A stretch of DNA of 64,000 bases, taken from IMG/VR virus record IMGVR_UViG_3300035034_000924, positions 21,399 to 85,398 of that record; one strand, 5' to 3'. The position numbers and the translations under genes were made by a program. The notes beneath the pieces are model-generated. The model was not told where the DNA came from and did no database searches. It saw only the letters and a list, made by a program, of their open reading frames with translations. This document shows, piece by piece, positions 37,009-45,318 of the stretch (position 1 is the stretch's first letter; each line of letters starts with the position of its first letter). This DNA comes from a virus.

Positions 37009-38206
37009 ACGTTCTCGCCCCCGTGACACGTCAGACATACCGGAACCCGAAGAAGTCTTTGACGAAGCTGACATAGACGAAGAAGAGCTGGATGACGAGC
37101 TACCAGAAGAGGACGCTTACGATTTCATGGAAGACCCTGAGTCCGAACTTCGCAACACTGTTGAGGCTATCCAGAAGCAGTACGGGGCGGTAGTCGCTGC
37201 AGGTAACAGTGTCAAACAGCCGCTTCGTATATCCACCGGAGTCTTCTTACTGGACCTTGCTCTTATGGGGGGTATCCCAGAGGGGCGGGTAACTCACCTA
37301 GTCGGTGAAGGTAGCGCAGGTAAATCAATGCTCATGGCAAAGATCATGGCTTGTGCTCAGATGGAGTACCCTGACCAGCAGGTTGCATTGATTGACGTGG
37401 AGAACACGTTCGATCCAGTATGGGCTGAGAAGCTGGGAGTAAACCTAGACCAGCTAGTTATCTTTACGGTAGAGACAGGGGAGATGGCTGTTGACGTAGC
37501 GGACGCAGTCCTAAGCTCTAGAGAAACCTCTCTGATGGCGATAGATTCTCTGGCGGAGATGATCCCGTACAAAGAAGCCAAAGCCAGTGCGGAGGACCAG
37601 CACATGGGCCTACAAGCAAGGATGTTCAATGAGCTGGCTCGAAAGATAACCAACACCACGAATCACGAAAAGGTCAGGGGCCACTACCCTACTTGCCTAT
37701 TGCTGAACCAGTACCGCACAGACATCGGTAAGATGTTTGGTGACAATAGAACTATCCCCGGAGGTCGTGCAATCCGCCATATATCTTCTCTGATGTTGGA
37801 TATCAAAAACAAAGAGACGATAGGTAAGGATTCCAACGACGTTGAGGTTGTGATTGAAAACGAGCACACCTTTAACATTACCAAGTGGAAGGTAAACAAC
37901 GGGCCTAGGACAGGATCGTTTCAGCTTATGCGTACTGACGATTCTTCAGTAGGACTAGAGGAAGGTGATGTAGATAACGCAGCGACCATGGTTACCTACG
38001 CTAAGAAGTTCGGATTTTGGTCAGGTGCGGGCAAGAACCAGAAGCTGGAGTTTGACGACTACAGCATCAAGTTCAACACCCAAGCAGAAGGGAAGCTGGC
38101 TATAAACGAAGACGTCGATCTTTACTATAGTCTGTACAATGCGTTGCTGCGCGAACAAGCTATCGCTAGACGTATGCCCGCAGACTTTATTGCTAGGTTC
38201 GTGTAA
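37001..38206 (+). CDS. recA: RecA-family recombinase
   Basis: ISTG-x-x-x-LDLAL-x-GGIP-x-GRV...GEGSAGKS, IDVEN, IDSLA, MGLQARM, LNQYR, PGGRA motifs. Confidence 0.9.
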   Translation: MSRRSRPRDTSDIPEPEEVFDEADIDEEELDDELPEEDAYDFMEDPESELRNTVEAIQKQYGAVVAAGNSVKQPLRISTGVFLLDLALMGGIPEGRVTHLVGEGSAGKSMLMAKIMACAQMEYPDQQVALIDVENTFDPVWAEKLGVNLDQLVIFTVETGEMAVDVADAVLSSRETSLMAIDSLAEMIPYKEAKASAEDQHMGLQARMFNELARKITNTTNHEKVRGHYPTCLLLNQYRTDIGKMFGDNRTIPGGRAIRHISSLMLDIKNKETIGKDSNDVEVVIENEHTFNITKWKVNNGPRTGSFQLMRTDDSSVGLEEGDVDNAATMVTYAKKFGFWSGAGKNQKLEFDDYSIKFNTQAEGKLAINEDVDLYYSLYNALLREQAIARRMPADFIARFV

Positions 38207-38601
38207 TGAGTAGGCAGCACTTTTTGGATAGGATGGAGCAGCGGGACAAGAAAAATAAAACAAAGCAATCCCCTGCTCACCAGCGGTCTATAAAACAAGA
38301 GGCCGAGCTGGCCCAGAGAGGTGCGGGCAAACTTACCGTAGGCAGCGGGAACAAAAGAGAGAAAGGCGATATCAAGAAGTACCATGGGGTTTTCCGAGTG
38401 GAAGCTAAAACCACGACTAAGAAGTCGTTCTCCATAACCCAAGCTATGCTGGATAAGATAGAGGATGCCAGCATACCGCACGGTGAAGCCCCCGCCTTTA
38501 TAATTGAATTCATAAACGAAGACCAGACACCTCTTCGAGAAGTGGCCGTTATCCCCAGCTACTTACTCGAAGTACTGGCAGACAGGTTGCGGGATGAGTA
38601 G
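38206..38601 (+). CDS. PD-(D/E)xK nuclease, Holliday-junction-resolvase-like
   Basis: QE...GSG...KGD...VEAKTT...SFSI motif. Confidence 0.7.
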   Translation: MSRQHFLDRMEQRDKKNKTKQSPAHQRSIKQEAELAQRGAGKLTVGSGNKREKGDIKKYHGVFRVEAKTTTKKSFSITQAMLDKIEDASIPHGEAPAFIIEFINEDQTPLREVAVIPSYLLEVLADRLRDE

Positions 38602-39541
38602 AGAGGTAATATCCACAAGACGGGTTAAGAAGTCCGGTATAGATCTGCCTAGGAAAACGAAGAAGCGTATCCGCGATGTCCCCAGTACGCCACGCGCACA
38701 GGCAGTTAGTAGTTCGGTGAACAACCAGCACACCCCACTAAACCGAGACAACCCAATCGCGTCTACTCTTTGGCGGGGTCCTCAGCTAAGAGCTGCGCGT
38801 AACGGTACTCGACTGCATGTATCGGATCTAATCGGTAAGTGCATGCGCATGAAGGCGCTATCCCATCTAAGAAAAGTACCTTTGCCTGCCCAGCAGCTCT
38901 GGGATGCGCAGAGGATTACTTTCGATATCGGTGAGACAATCGGCAACTTTGTGGTTAACAAGGCCATGGAGAATGACGGTAGGATCTTCGGGTCTTGGGG
39001 TTGCCACTGCGCGGAGCAGAAGACTACCGCTAACTGCACGAGAGCGGAGGCACTAGACAGCCCTGCTTGCCCAGACTGCGGGCACAAGTACGACAGATAC
39101 TTAGAGGTAGATCTGTATCACGAAGAGCTTATGCTAGCAGGACACGCCGACCTAGGCATGATGTGGGACGAATATGTATACCTGACAGAAGTAAAGTCGG
39201 CTAACGCCAACACAATGCAGGACTACGAAAACCGACCCAACAGAGAGCACGTCCTGCAGCTAATCTTCTACTACTGGCTAGCGCTTCAACAAGGTATACG
39301 AGTGCATACGACGGGGTCAGTACTGTACGTTAGAAAAGAATGGATGATAGGCTCTCCGTATGTAGAGCACCAGATAAACCTAGAAGAAGAAGTACATCTA
39401 TTGGAGCCGTATCTGGAAGAAGCGCGGCAATACACGGAAGCAATGAAGGGCGGGGCGTTACCTACTAGAACAGTATGTGACACCCCTTACGAAACCAGAG
39501 CAACCAAGTGCATGCTTTGCATGGAATGTTTTAAGGACTAA
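38594..39541 (+). CDS. Cas4/RecB-like exonuclease
   Basis: C...GHAD...EVKS...QL-x-x-Y and C-terminal C-x9-C-x2-C-x2-C cluster. Confidence 0.7.
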   Translation: MSREVISTRRVKKSGIDLPRKTKKRIRDVPSTPRAQAVSSSVNNQHTPLNRDNPIASTLWRGPQLRAARNGTRLHVSDLIGKCMRMKALSHLRKVPLPAQQLWDAQRITFDIGETIGNFVVNKAMENDGRIFGSWGCHCAEQKTTANCTRAEALDSPACPDCGHKYDRYLEVDLYHEELMLAGHADLGMMWDEYVYLTEVKSANANTMQDYENRPNREHVLQLIFYYWLALQQGIRVHTTGSVLYVRKEWMIGSPYVEHQINLEEEVHLLEPYLEEARQYTEAMKGGALPTRTVCDTPYETRATKCMLCMECFKD

Positions 39542-39543
39542 AA

Positions 39544-40119
39544 ATGCCACGAGCGAGAAGACAAAGAACAGAACCAGAGATGGAAGTTTCCGTGCTAGGA
39601 GTAGACCCGTCATCCAACGGTACAGGTATTGCTTTCCCCTCCGGTGTTACCGCTAGCTTGCCGCTTAACACGAACACGAAAAACGTGGCTAAAGGAAGTA
39701 ACCGGATTGTTAAAATAATGAACTGGTTAGACGGCTACGACTACTCCGACATTACACACGTCTGTATAGAAGGGTACGCGTTCGGCATGAAAGCACAGGC
39801 GGGTAACTACGATAGAGCGGAGCTGGTAGGTACGATGAAATTGTTCTTCCTGAAGAAAGGCAAGCCACTTATTATCTGCCCCCCCAGCACCCTGAAGAAG
39901 TTCGTCACAGGCAAAGGCAACGCAGATAAAGAAGAGATGGTTGACGCGGTATTCCAGAGGTGGGGTTACGATATACCCTGCCACGATGAGGCTGACGCCT
40001 TTGGACTTTCTATGTTTGGTGAGGCATGCTTAGGTTCCAAGGGTAGTAGCGAGCTTTTCGATAAAGCAGAGTACGTAGCTATAACAAGGCCCTTGCAAAC
40101 ATTTGCATTTTTTGACTGA
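39544..40119 (+). CDS. ruvC: RuvC-like Holliday junction resolvase
   Basis: LGVDPS...TG, IEG, ELVG, P-x-TLKKFVTGKGNADKEEM, DEADA. Confidence 0.88.
   Translation: MPRARRQRTEPEMEVSVLGVDPSSNGTGIAFPSGVTASLPLNTNTKNVAKGSNRIVKIMNWLDGYDYSDITHVCIEGYAFGMKAQAGNYDRAELVGTMKLFFLKKGKPLIICPPSTLKKFVTGKGNADKEEMVDAVFQRWGYDIPCHDEADAFGLSMFGEACLGSKGSSELFDKAEYVAITRPLQTFAFFD
40094..40107. repeat. Dispersed palindrome, 1 mismatch
   Basis: TGCAAACATTTGCA, at the RuvC 3' end (LQTFA). Confidence 0.85.
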
Positions 40120-40125
40120 GTAACG

Positions 40126-40154
40126 TTGACAGTTATGTTTATAAGGGCAATAAT
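40126..40154 (+). promoter_or_regulatory. Sigma70-like promoter for the histone-like gene
   Basis: TTGACA-N17-AATAAT; AAGGAG RBS downstream. Confidence 0.5.
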
Positions 40155-40220
40155 TGCCATCCCCAAATCGGGAATCGAAAAAAATCCAATATTGGAATCG
40201 GTGCACAAAGGAGCATACGT

Positions 40221-41444
40221 ATGAAAGCAGGTGATAGAGTAAAGTTCTTGAAGTTCCAATCGGCAGACGACCTGCCCGAAAACTCGGAGCTTCTGGTTGA
40301 AGGCGAAAAGTACACGGTCAGCAGCATTACTAAAGGTAAAGGCGAAGACCTAGACCTCTACCATGTGATTGCCGAAGATGAGAACGGCGACACCTACGAA
40401 GTCGAAGTTTTCGAAGACGAAGTAGAAGCGGTAGCCAAAGGCAAGGCTGCAGCGAAATCGAAGGCCGCGCCAAAAGCAAAAGCAAAAGCCGCACCCAAGG
40501 CAAAGGCCGCCCCTAAGTCTAAGGCCAAAGCGAAAGCCAAAGCCGAGACGGAAGAAGAAGAAACCGAAGAAGAAGAAACCGAAGACGAAGAAACCCAAAC
40601 CGAGCATGTCGAGCCGGAACTGAAAGGCATCACTGTACTTAGTGATGAACAGCAGGACGCAGACATCGCCAGTGCCGTAGCCGACACCGATGACCTTGTC
40701 GGGCTTACCATTGAATACGCCGAAGATGCAGCACAGTCTCAGTGGGCGTTGGGCGGGTTGCTTTACTACTGCCAAGCAGAGAAAGTTCACCGAGCGTACG
40801 ATGAAGGCCAGTACGATAAAGTCGGTGGATGGCGCGAGTTCTGCGAAGAAGTCCTTTCGGTTAACTACCGCACCGCGATGGACCTTGTTAACGTCTACTC
40901 TCGTTACTGTGCAGTTGGCTGGGGTATTGAAGAATACAAGCGCACCAGTGCGACGGCAGCAGTAGAGCTTCAAAGAATGCTTCCAGATCTGGATAGCGAT
41001 GCTGCAGATGATCTGCTTCATGCAGCAGAAGAACAGAGCTTTGCCGAGTTCAAGGAAACTCTTAAAGCCACGAAGGCGACAGGCGACGGTGGAACCAAAC
41101 CGATCACTGCAGTCAACATGATGCGGTTCGCTTTCAAGGCGAAAGAATCCGAAGGCAAGAAGATCGCCAACATCATCGAGCTGGCCAAAGAGCACACTGG
41201 AATCAGTAACACCGATGAGCTGTTTGCTACCATCTTCCTTGAGTGGGCGAACAACGAGCTGGACCGCGATGCTCTGAGCAAGATGACCCGCAGTAAGGCT
41301 AAGGCGTCCAACACCAAAGCCGCCGCGAAAGCTAAGGCAGCACCGAAGGCCAAAGCTAAAGCAGCACCGAAAGCTAAAGCGAACGCTGCACCGAAGGCGA
41401 AAGCTAAGGCCACTCCAAAGGCCAAAGCCAAAGCTAAGAAGTAG
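40221..41444 (+). CDS. Histone H1-like Lys/Ala/Pro-repeat protein with globular domains
   Basis: Two KAKAAP repeat tracts, an EEETE acidic tract, SH3-like N-terminus; own promoter and terminator. Confidence 0.75.
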   Translation: MKAGDRVKFLKFQSADDLPENSELLVEGEKYTVSSITKGKGEDLDLYHVIAEDENGDTYEVEVFEDEVEAVAKGKAAAKSKAAPKAKAKAAPKAKAAPKSKAKAKAKAETEEEETEEEETEDEETQTEHVEPELKGITVLSDEQQDADIASAVADTDDLVGLTIEYAEDAAQSQWALGGLLYYCQAEKVHRAYDEGQYDKVGGWREFCEEVLSVNYRTAMDLVNVYSRYCAVGWGIEEYKRTSATAAVELQRMLPDLDSDAADDLLHAAEEQSFAEFKETLKATKATGDGGTKPITAVNMMRFAFKAKESEGKKIANIIELAKEHTGISNTDELFATIFLEWANNELDRDALSKMTRSKAKASNTKAAAKAKAAPKAKAKAAPKAKANAAPKAKAKATPKAKAKAKK

Positions 41445-41466
41445 AAATACTTCTGGTCTCGACAAG

Positions 41467-41499
41467 AGCCTCTCTGGTAAAACAGGGGGGCTTTTTATT
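41467..41499 (+). terminator. Intrinsic terminator
   Basis: AGCCTCTCTG-gtaaaa-CAGGGGGGCT followed by TTTTATT. Confidence 0.7.
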
Positions 41500-41553
41500 A
41501 TCTGCAGTTAGAGGGTACAATGAGCCTCCGGTGTAAAAGATAAGAGACGAAAC

Positions 41554-42252
41554 ATGGCAGCACGTAGACGCAGACGGCAGACGGCAGAACCAGCAACACA
41601 GGCACCCACAGAGCCGCTGCTACCGACTATCGACGTACGGATAGATGACATAGTCCCGTACGAATTCAACCCCAGAGACAATGCTAAGGCCGTACAGGGC
41701 GTAGCCAATTCACTAGCCGAGTTCGGATGGATGGTTCCTTGTGTTATCGACGGGGACAACGTCTTAGTTACTGGCCACACACGGATAGAGGCAGCCAAGG
41801 TTCTAGGGCTGGAGTACGCTCCCTGCTACCGAGTAGAGCATCTCACTCCTGAACAAATCAAAGCCTATAGATTGGTGGACAATAAGCTAAACGAATTAGC
41901 GGATTGGAATCAGACATTGCTGTCCGAAGAGATGGCCTCGCTGGGCAGCCTCATGGACTTCACCGATTTTGGCTGGACACAAGAAGCCATTGACTGTTTG
42001 CAGGAAGAAGTAGCGGACGATTGTTTGTCAGGCGGAATAGTGGATGATATGACGCGGGGCGAAGCAGCATCCAGAACGAACAACGGCCAAGGACCACAAA
42101 GGAGCAGAGTGGTTATCGGTGAGTTCGTGTTCTTCGTACCTATCGAGGTATACACCCTATGGTCGAGAGACCTTAAGGAAGGTAATGACTTCGTGGATCG
42201 AGAGATTATAAACGACCTGAAAGCACGTCTCGGTATAACGGAGTACGAGTAA
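41554..42252 (+). CDS. ParB/Srx N-terminal domain protein
   Basis: PYEFNPR...SLAEFGW-x-x-P-x-VID...GHTR-x-x-AA...AYRLVDNKL-x-ELADW. Confidence 0.88.
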   Translation: MAARRRRRQTAEPATQAPTEPLLPTIDVRIDDIVPYEFNPRDNAKAVQGVANSLAEFGWMVPCVIDGDNVLVTGHTRIEAAKVLGLEYAPCYRVEHLTPEQIKAYRLVDNKLNELADWNQTLLSEEMASLGSLMDFTDFGWTQEAIDCLQEEVADDCLSGGIVDDMTRGEAASRTNNGQGPQRSRVVIGEFVFFVPIEVYTLWSRDLKEGNDFVDREIINDLKARLGITEYE

Positions 42253-43733
42253 TGATAGAGGAAGTTGCAGCGGATCAGATCTACCCTGACGAGACCAACC
42301 CTCGAAAGAGTGACCCTACACGGATGCACCTACTGCAGCTTTCCATATCCAAGCTGGGGTTTATCCAACCGATATACTGTGCAAAGAACGGCATGATTCT
42401 TTCGGGCCACCAACGGTACAAAACCGGGAAGGCCCTAGGCTATGAAGCATTCCCTGTTGAGTATGTTGACCTGACCGAGAAAGATATCAAAGGCATAAAC
42501 GTGATGTTCAACAGGGCGACCAACGACTTCACTGCTTTTGAGACCGGAGCAAGCTCTGCAGAAAAACTCGACATAGCTTCCCTCATGTCTATGGCAGACG
42601 AGTTCCCTGATGCCGAGTACGACTACGCATACAACTGCGAAGAGACAGAGATTACGGGTATGGGTAAAGGCATTGGCGATAGACACAATCGTAAGTCACT
42701 ACTGACAGCCTCGTCTATGCGCCGTAAGGGCATCAAGATACCTATCGTAGTATCAGAGTCAGGCCAGATCGTAAACGGCGTACACAGGCTGTTTGAGGCC
42801 CGACACGAGGGCATAGAAACATGGCCAGTGATAACGATACCGGATGAGACGGCAGACATGGCGCTCAACATGCTGAACTACCTTTCCATGGACTATGAAG
42901 TGGACGGGGACTTCGCAAAGATGCTCAGGTATTCTGCCTACCGCAGACCACAGAACAACAGAGGTAATCTGCCCAAAGCTTTCCGGTTCTGGGCTAACGG
43001 TAACAAGACAGTGTCCGATAAGGATGCGTACTCAGCAGAGTACTGGAGAGAGTTCAGGGAAATGCACGGCAGCTTTGTCTGCGATTTTGGTGCTGGGTTA
43101 TGCAAGGCCAAGAGTTTCCTAGAGGACAAAGGCATCGAGTGTTTAGAGTTCGAGCCATTCAGGATACGCCCAGACTCTGAGAGGAGATCACCGGACCCTG
43201 ACTACAGCAGGCACATGGCCAGAGAATTCTTGCAAACGTTTGCAGACACCGACAAAACACTGGGGACTATCTTCCTCGCTAGCGTGATGAACTCCATACC
43301 CTTCGCAAGAGACAGGCAGTGCGTACTCGCTATCGTGCATGCTATGTCGGGGGTACAGACCATGGTTTGCGGGACATGCCGAGACTACAGTGACTTCGAG
43401 TACGAGTACGGAGGGGTGCGTAACGCCGCCTACTTCAAGTTCGATAGCGAACCGGGGGTAAGGCTGGGCGACACCATTAGCAATCCCAAAATACAGAAGT
43501 TCCACACTCAGGCAGAGTTCAGGGCAATAGCTAAGTTCTTCTGGGGCGAAGTAGAGACATGGTCAGGGGGCAATGTATTCTATTGGAGATGTACGGCACC
43601 TAAGCGGATCAACAAGAAAGTGCTAACAGAGGCCCTACTGTTTGAGTTTGACGATCTTCCGTTCAACGACGGATCAACTATGGGATTAGGTGACGAAGCC
43701 ATAGAGGCATTCACCAAGAGAGGCGCACTATGA
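42252..43733 (+). CDS. Tandem ParB-like domains fused to a SAM-dependent methyltransferase-like domain
   Basis: NPR...LGFIQPI...GHQR and PIVV...NGVHRL ParB motifs; C-terminal CDFGAG...FEPF...SVMNS Rossmann MTase-like motifs. Confidence 0.75.
   Translation: MIEEVAADQIYPDETNPRKSDPTRMHLLQLSISKLGFIQPIYCAKNGMILSGHQRYKTGKALGYEAFPVEYVDLTEKDIKGINVMFNRATNDFTAFETGASSAEKLDIASLMSMADEFPDAEYDYAYNCEETEITGMGKGIGDRHNRKSLLTASSMRRKGIKIPIVVSESGQIVNGVHRLFEARHEGIETWPVITIPDETADMALNMLNYLSMDYEVDGDFAKMLRYSAYRRPQNNRGNLPKAFRFWANGNKTVSDKDAYSAEYWREFREMHGSFVCDFGAGLCKAKSFLEDKGIECLEFEPFRIRPDSERRSPDPDYSRHMAREFLQTFADTDKTLGTIFLASVMNSIPFARDRQCVLAIVHAMSGVQTMVCGTCRDYSDFEYEYGGVRNAAYFKFDSEPGVRLGDTISNPKIQKFHTQAEFRAIAKFFWGEVETWSGGNVFYWRCTAPKRINKKVLTEALLFEFDDLPFNDGSTMGLGDEAIEAFTKRGAL
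43231..43244. repeat. Dispersed palindrome, perfect copy
   Basis: TGCAAACGTTTGCA, in CDS (LQTFA). Confidence 0.9.
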
Positions 43734-44533
43734 GTTTAGATAACAAAGAAGACGGCACACCACTTCACATGCCTGAAGGTGACTTTGAATTTGATGAAGA
43801 GGTCACCCAGATATTTCCTGACATGGCCAAGCGTAGCATTCCGTTCTACGAAGAGATGCACGACTGCCACTCGGACATGGCTTTGCAGCATATACTCGAT
43901 CAAGGCTTGAAGTACCCTGCCATAGTGGACGTGGGAGCTAGCCGAGGCAGGTTTGCTATGATGCTAGCACAGAAGATCCGTAAGGCTTGTATCTTAAAGA
44001 ACCTTGACATCAGGCCCCGATTTCTACTGATAGACTCATCTAAACCGATGTGCGATAAGATGCAGGCAGCCACACAAAAACAGCTGATGGATGCCACGGT
44101 AGTCTGTGCAAAGTTCGATCACAATAGGGCGGGCCTGTACGCTAGCGGTAACGCAGATATCGTGGTATGCCATTACGTGCACCAGTTTGTACCTGATAAA
44201 GATGAGATATCTTTCATGAAGGGCATCGAGTTAGTTGGCGCTCCGGGCAGCCTGCTTTTATGGGGAGAGAAGGAGAGGCAGACAGGCGGGCATGCACACA
44301 ACGCAGCGTCTATGGTGGCTGTTAACCAAAAGAGATACAGAGGCTTCCGACTGAAGAACGGGTACACGGAGCAGGAGATAGACGCCAAGAGCATAGCACT
44401 GGAAGGCTCTATGTTCCCCAGACCAGCACAACATACGGTTGGATTACTTGGCGCTATAGGTTATTCTGCGCCTATAGGCACCTATCGCATGGGTGAATTC
44501 CATAGTTTTGCAATGCTGAAAGGTACACAATGA
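43730..44533 (+). CDS. cmoA: CmoA-like SAM-dependent enzyme (carboxy-SAM synthase family)
   Basis: FEFDEEVTQIFPDMAKRSIPFY, DVGASRG, IDSS-x-PM, QF, EK, NGYTEQEI-x-x-K-x-x-ALE motifs match the CmoA pattern. Confidence 0.72.
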   Translation: MSLDNKEDGTPLHMPEGDFEFDEEVTQIFPDMAKRSIPFYEEMHDCHSDMALQHILDQGLKYPAIVDVGASRGRFAMMLAQKIRKACILKNLDIRPRFLLIDSSKPMCDKMQAATQKQLMDATVVCAKFDHNRAGLYASGNADIVVCHYVHQFVPDKDEISFMKGIELVGAPGSLLLWGEKERQTGGHAHNAASMVAVNQKRYRGFRLKNGYTEQEIDAKSIALEGSMFPRPAQHTVGLLGAIGYSAPIGTYRMGEFHSFAMLKGTQ

Positions 44534-45318
44534 GTCGCAGATTAGGCAGCAACCCAAGACGAGCCAGAAGACGCAGGAGCCCTGTATCTACTGGACAGAA
44601 CTCCGGCAGGAATCCAGAACACTATGATGGTTTGGATGACGAGGACGGGTCTGATGTAGTCAGTGATGCCGATGAACCGAACAACGTCGTGCGCAATATG
44701 CTGGAAGGGGCCAACTCCCTGACCAGCCAAGAAGGGCTAGATACCGCAGCGGGTGACGATAGCGATTCAGCTTCCGAACTATCACCTACCTCCAGACTAC
44801 AGCAGGTAACTGCACGAGCACCCACCTATGACAGGGAGTACCGCCTAGGCCTGCTTAACCGCTTACTACTCAGGAAGATCCCCCTAGACGAAATATCCCA
44901 GCAGTTGAATGTCTCGGTGCGTACGATCCAGAGAGACAGGGAAGAGCTGTATCGCAGGATGCGGGAAGAAGCCGCCGAGATGGACCTCAACGAATACGTA
45001 GGTGACAGCGTAGCTTTCTTTAAGGAAGTGCGATCAATGTCTCTGCGTATAGGCACGGCATCCAAGAATCCACTGTCCTCAAGGCTTGCGGCAATGAGCA
45101 GGGCACTTCAGTCCCAGAAAGATATGACCGCAGTGCTACAGGCAGCGGGCGTCTTCGATGTGCTCAAGTTCAAGGCACAGGATGATATGGGCAACAAGGA
45201 ACTCAACAAACTTATTGAAGCCACTGAGAACGTGTTGCTCGATGAAGATGAGCTTGAAGCACAGTTCGGTGACCTCATGGGCGATGAGAAAGAAGAACAG
45301 TATGTGCGGGTAATCTAA
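44530..45318 (+). CDS. Probable terminase small subunit (HTH)
   Basis: LDEISQQLNVSVRTIQRD HTH; directly upstream of TerL with TAATG overlap. Confidence 0.65.
   Translation: MSRRLGSNPRRARRRRSPVSTGQNSGRNPEHYDGLDDEDGSDVVSDADEPNNVVRNMLEGANSLTSQEGLDTAAGDDSDSASELSPTSRLQQVTARAPTYDREYRLGLLNRLLLRKIPLDEISQQLNVSVRTIQRDREELYRRMREEAAEMDLNEYVGDSVAFFKEVRSMSLRIGTASKNPLSSRLAAMSRALQSQKDMTAVLQAAGVFDVLKFKAQDDMGNKELNKLIEATENVLLDEDELEAQFGDLMGDEKEEQYVRVI

Noticed and set aside
40350-41465. 371-aa minus-strand ORF with FGF/LRF repeats
   Set aside because: Mirror of the low-complexity KAKAAP codons on the + strand.
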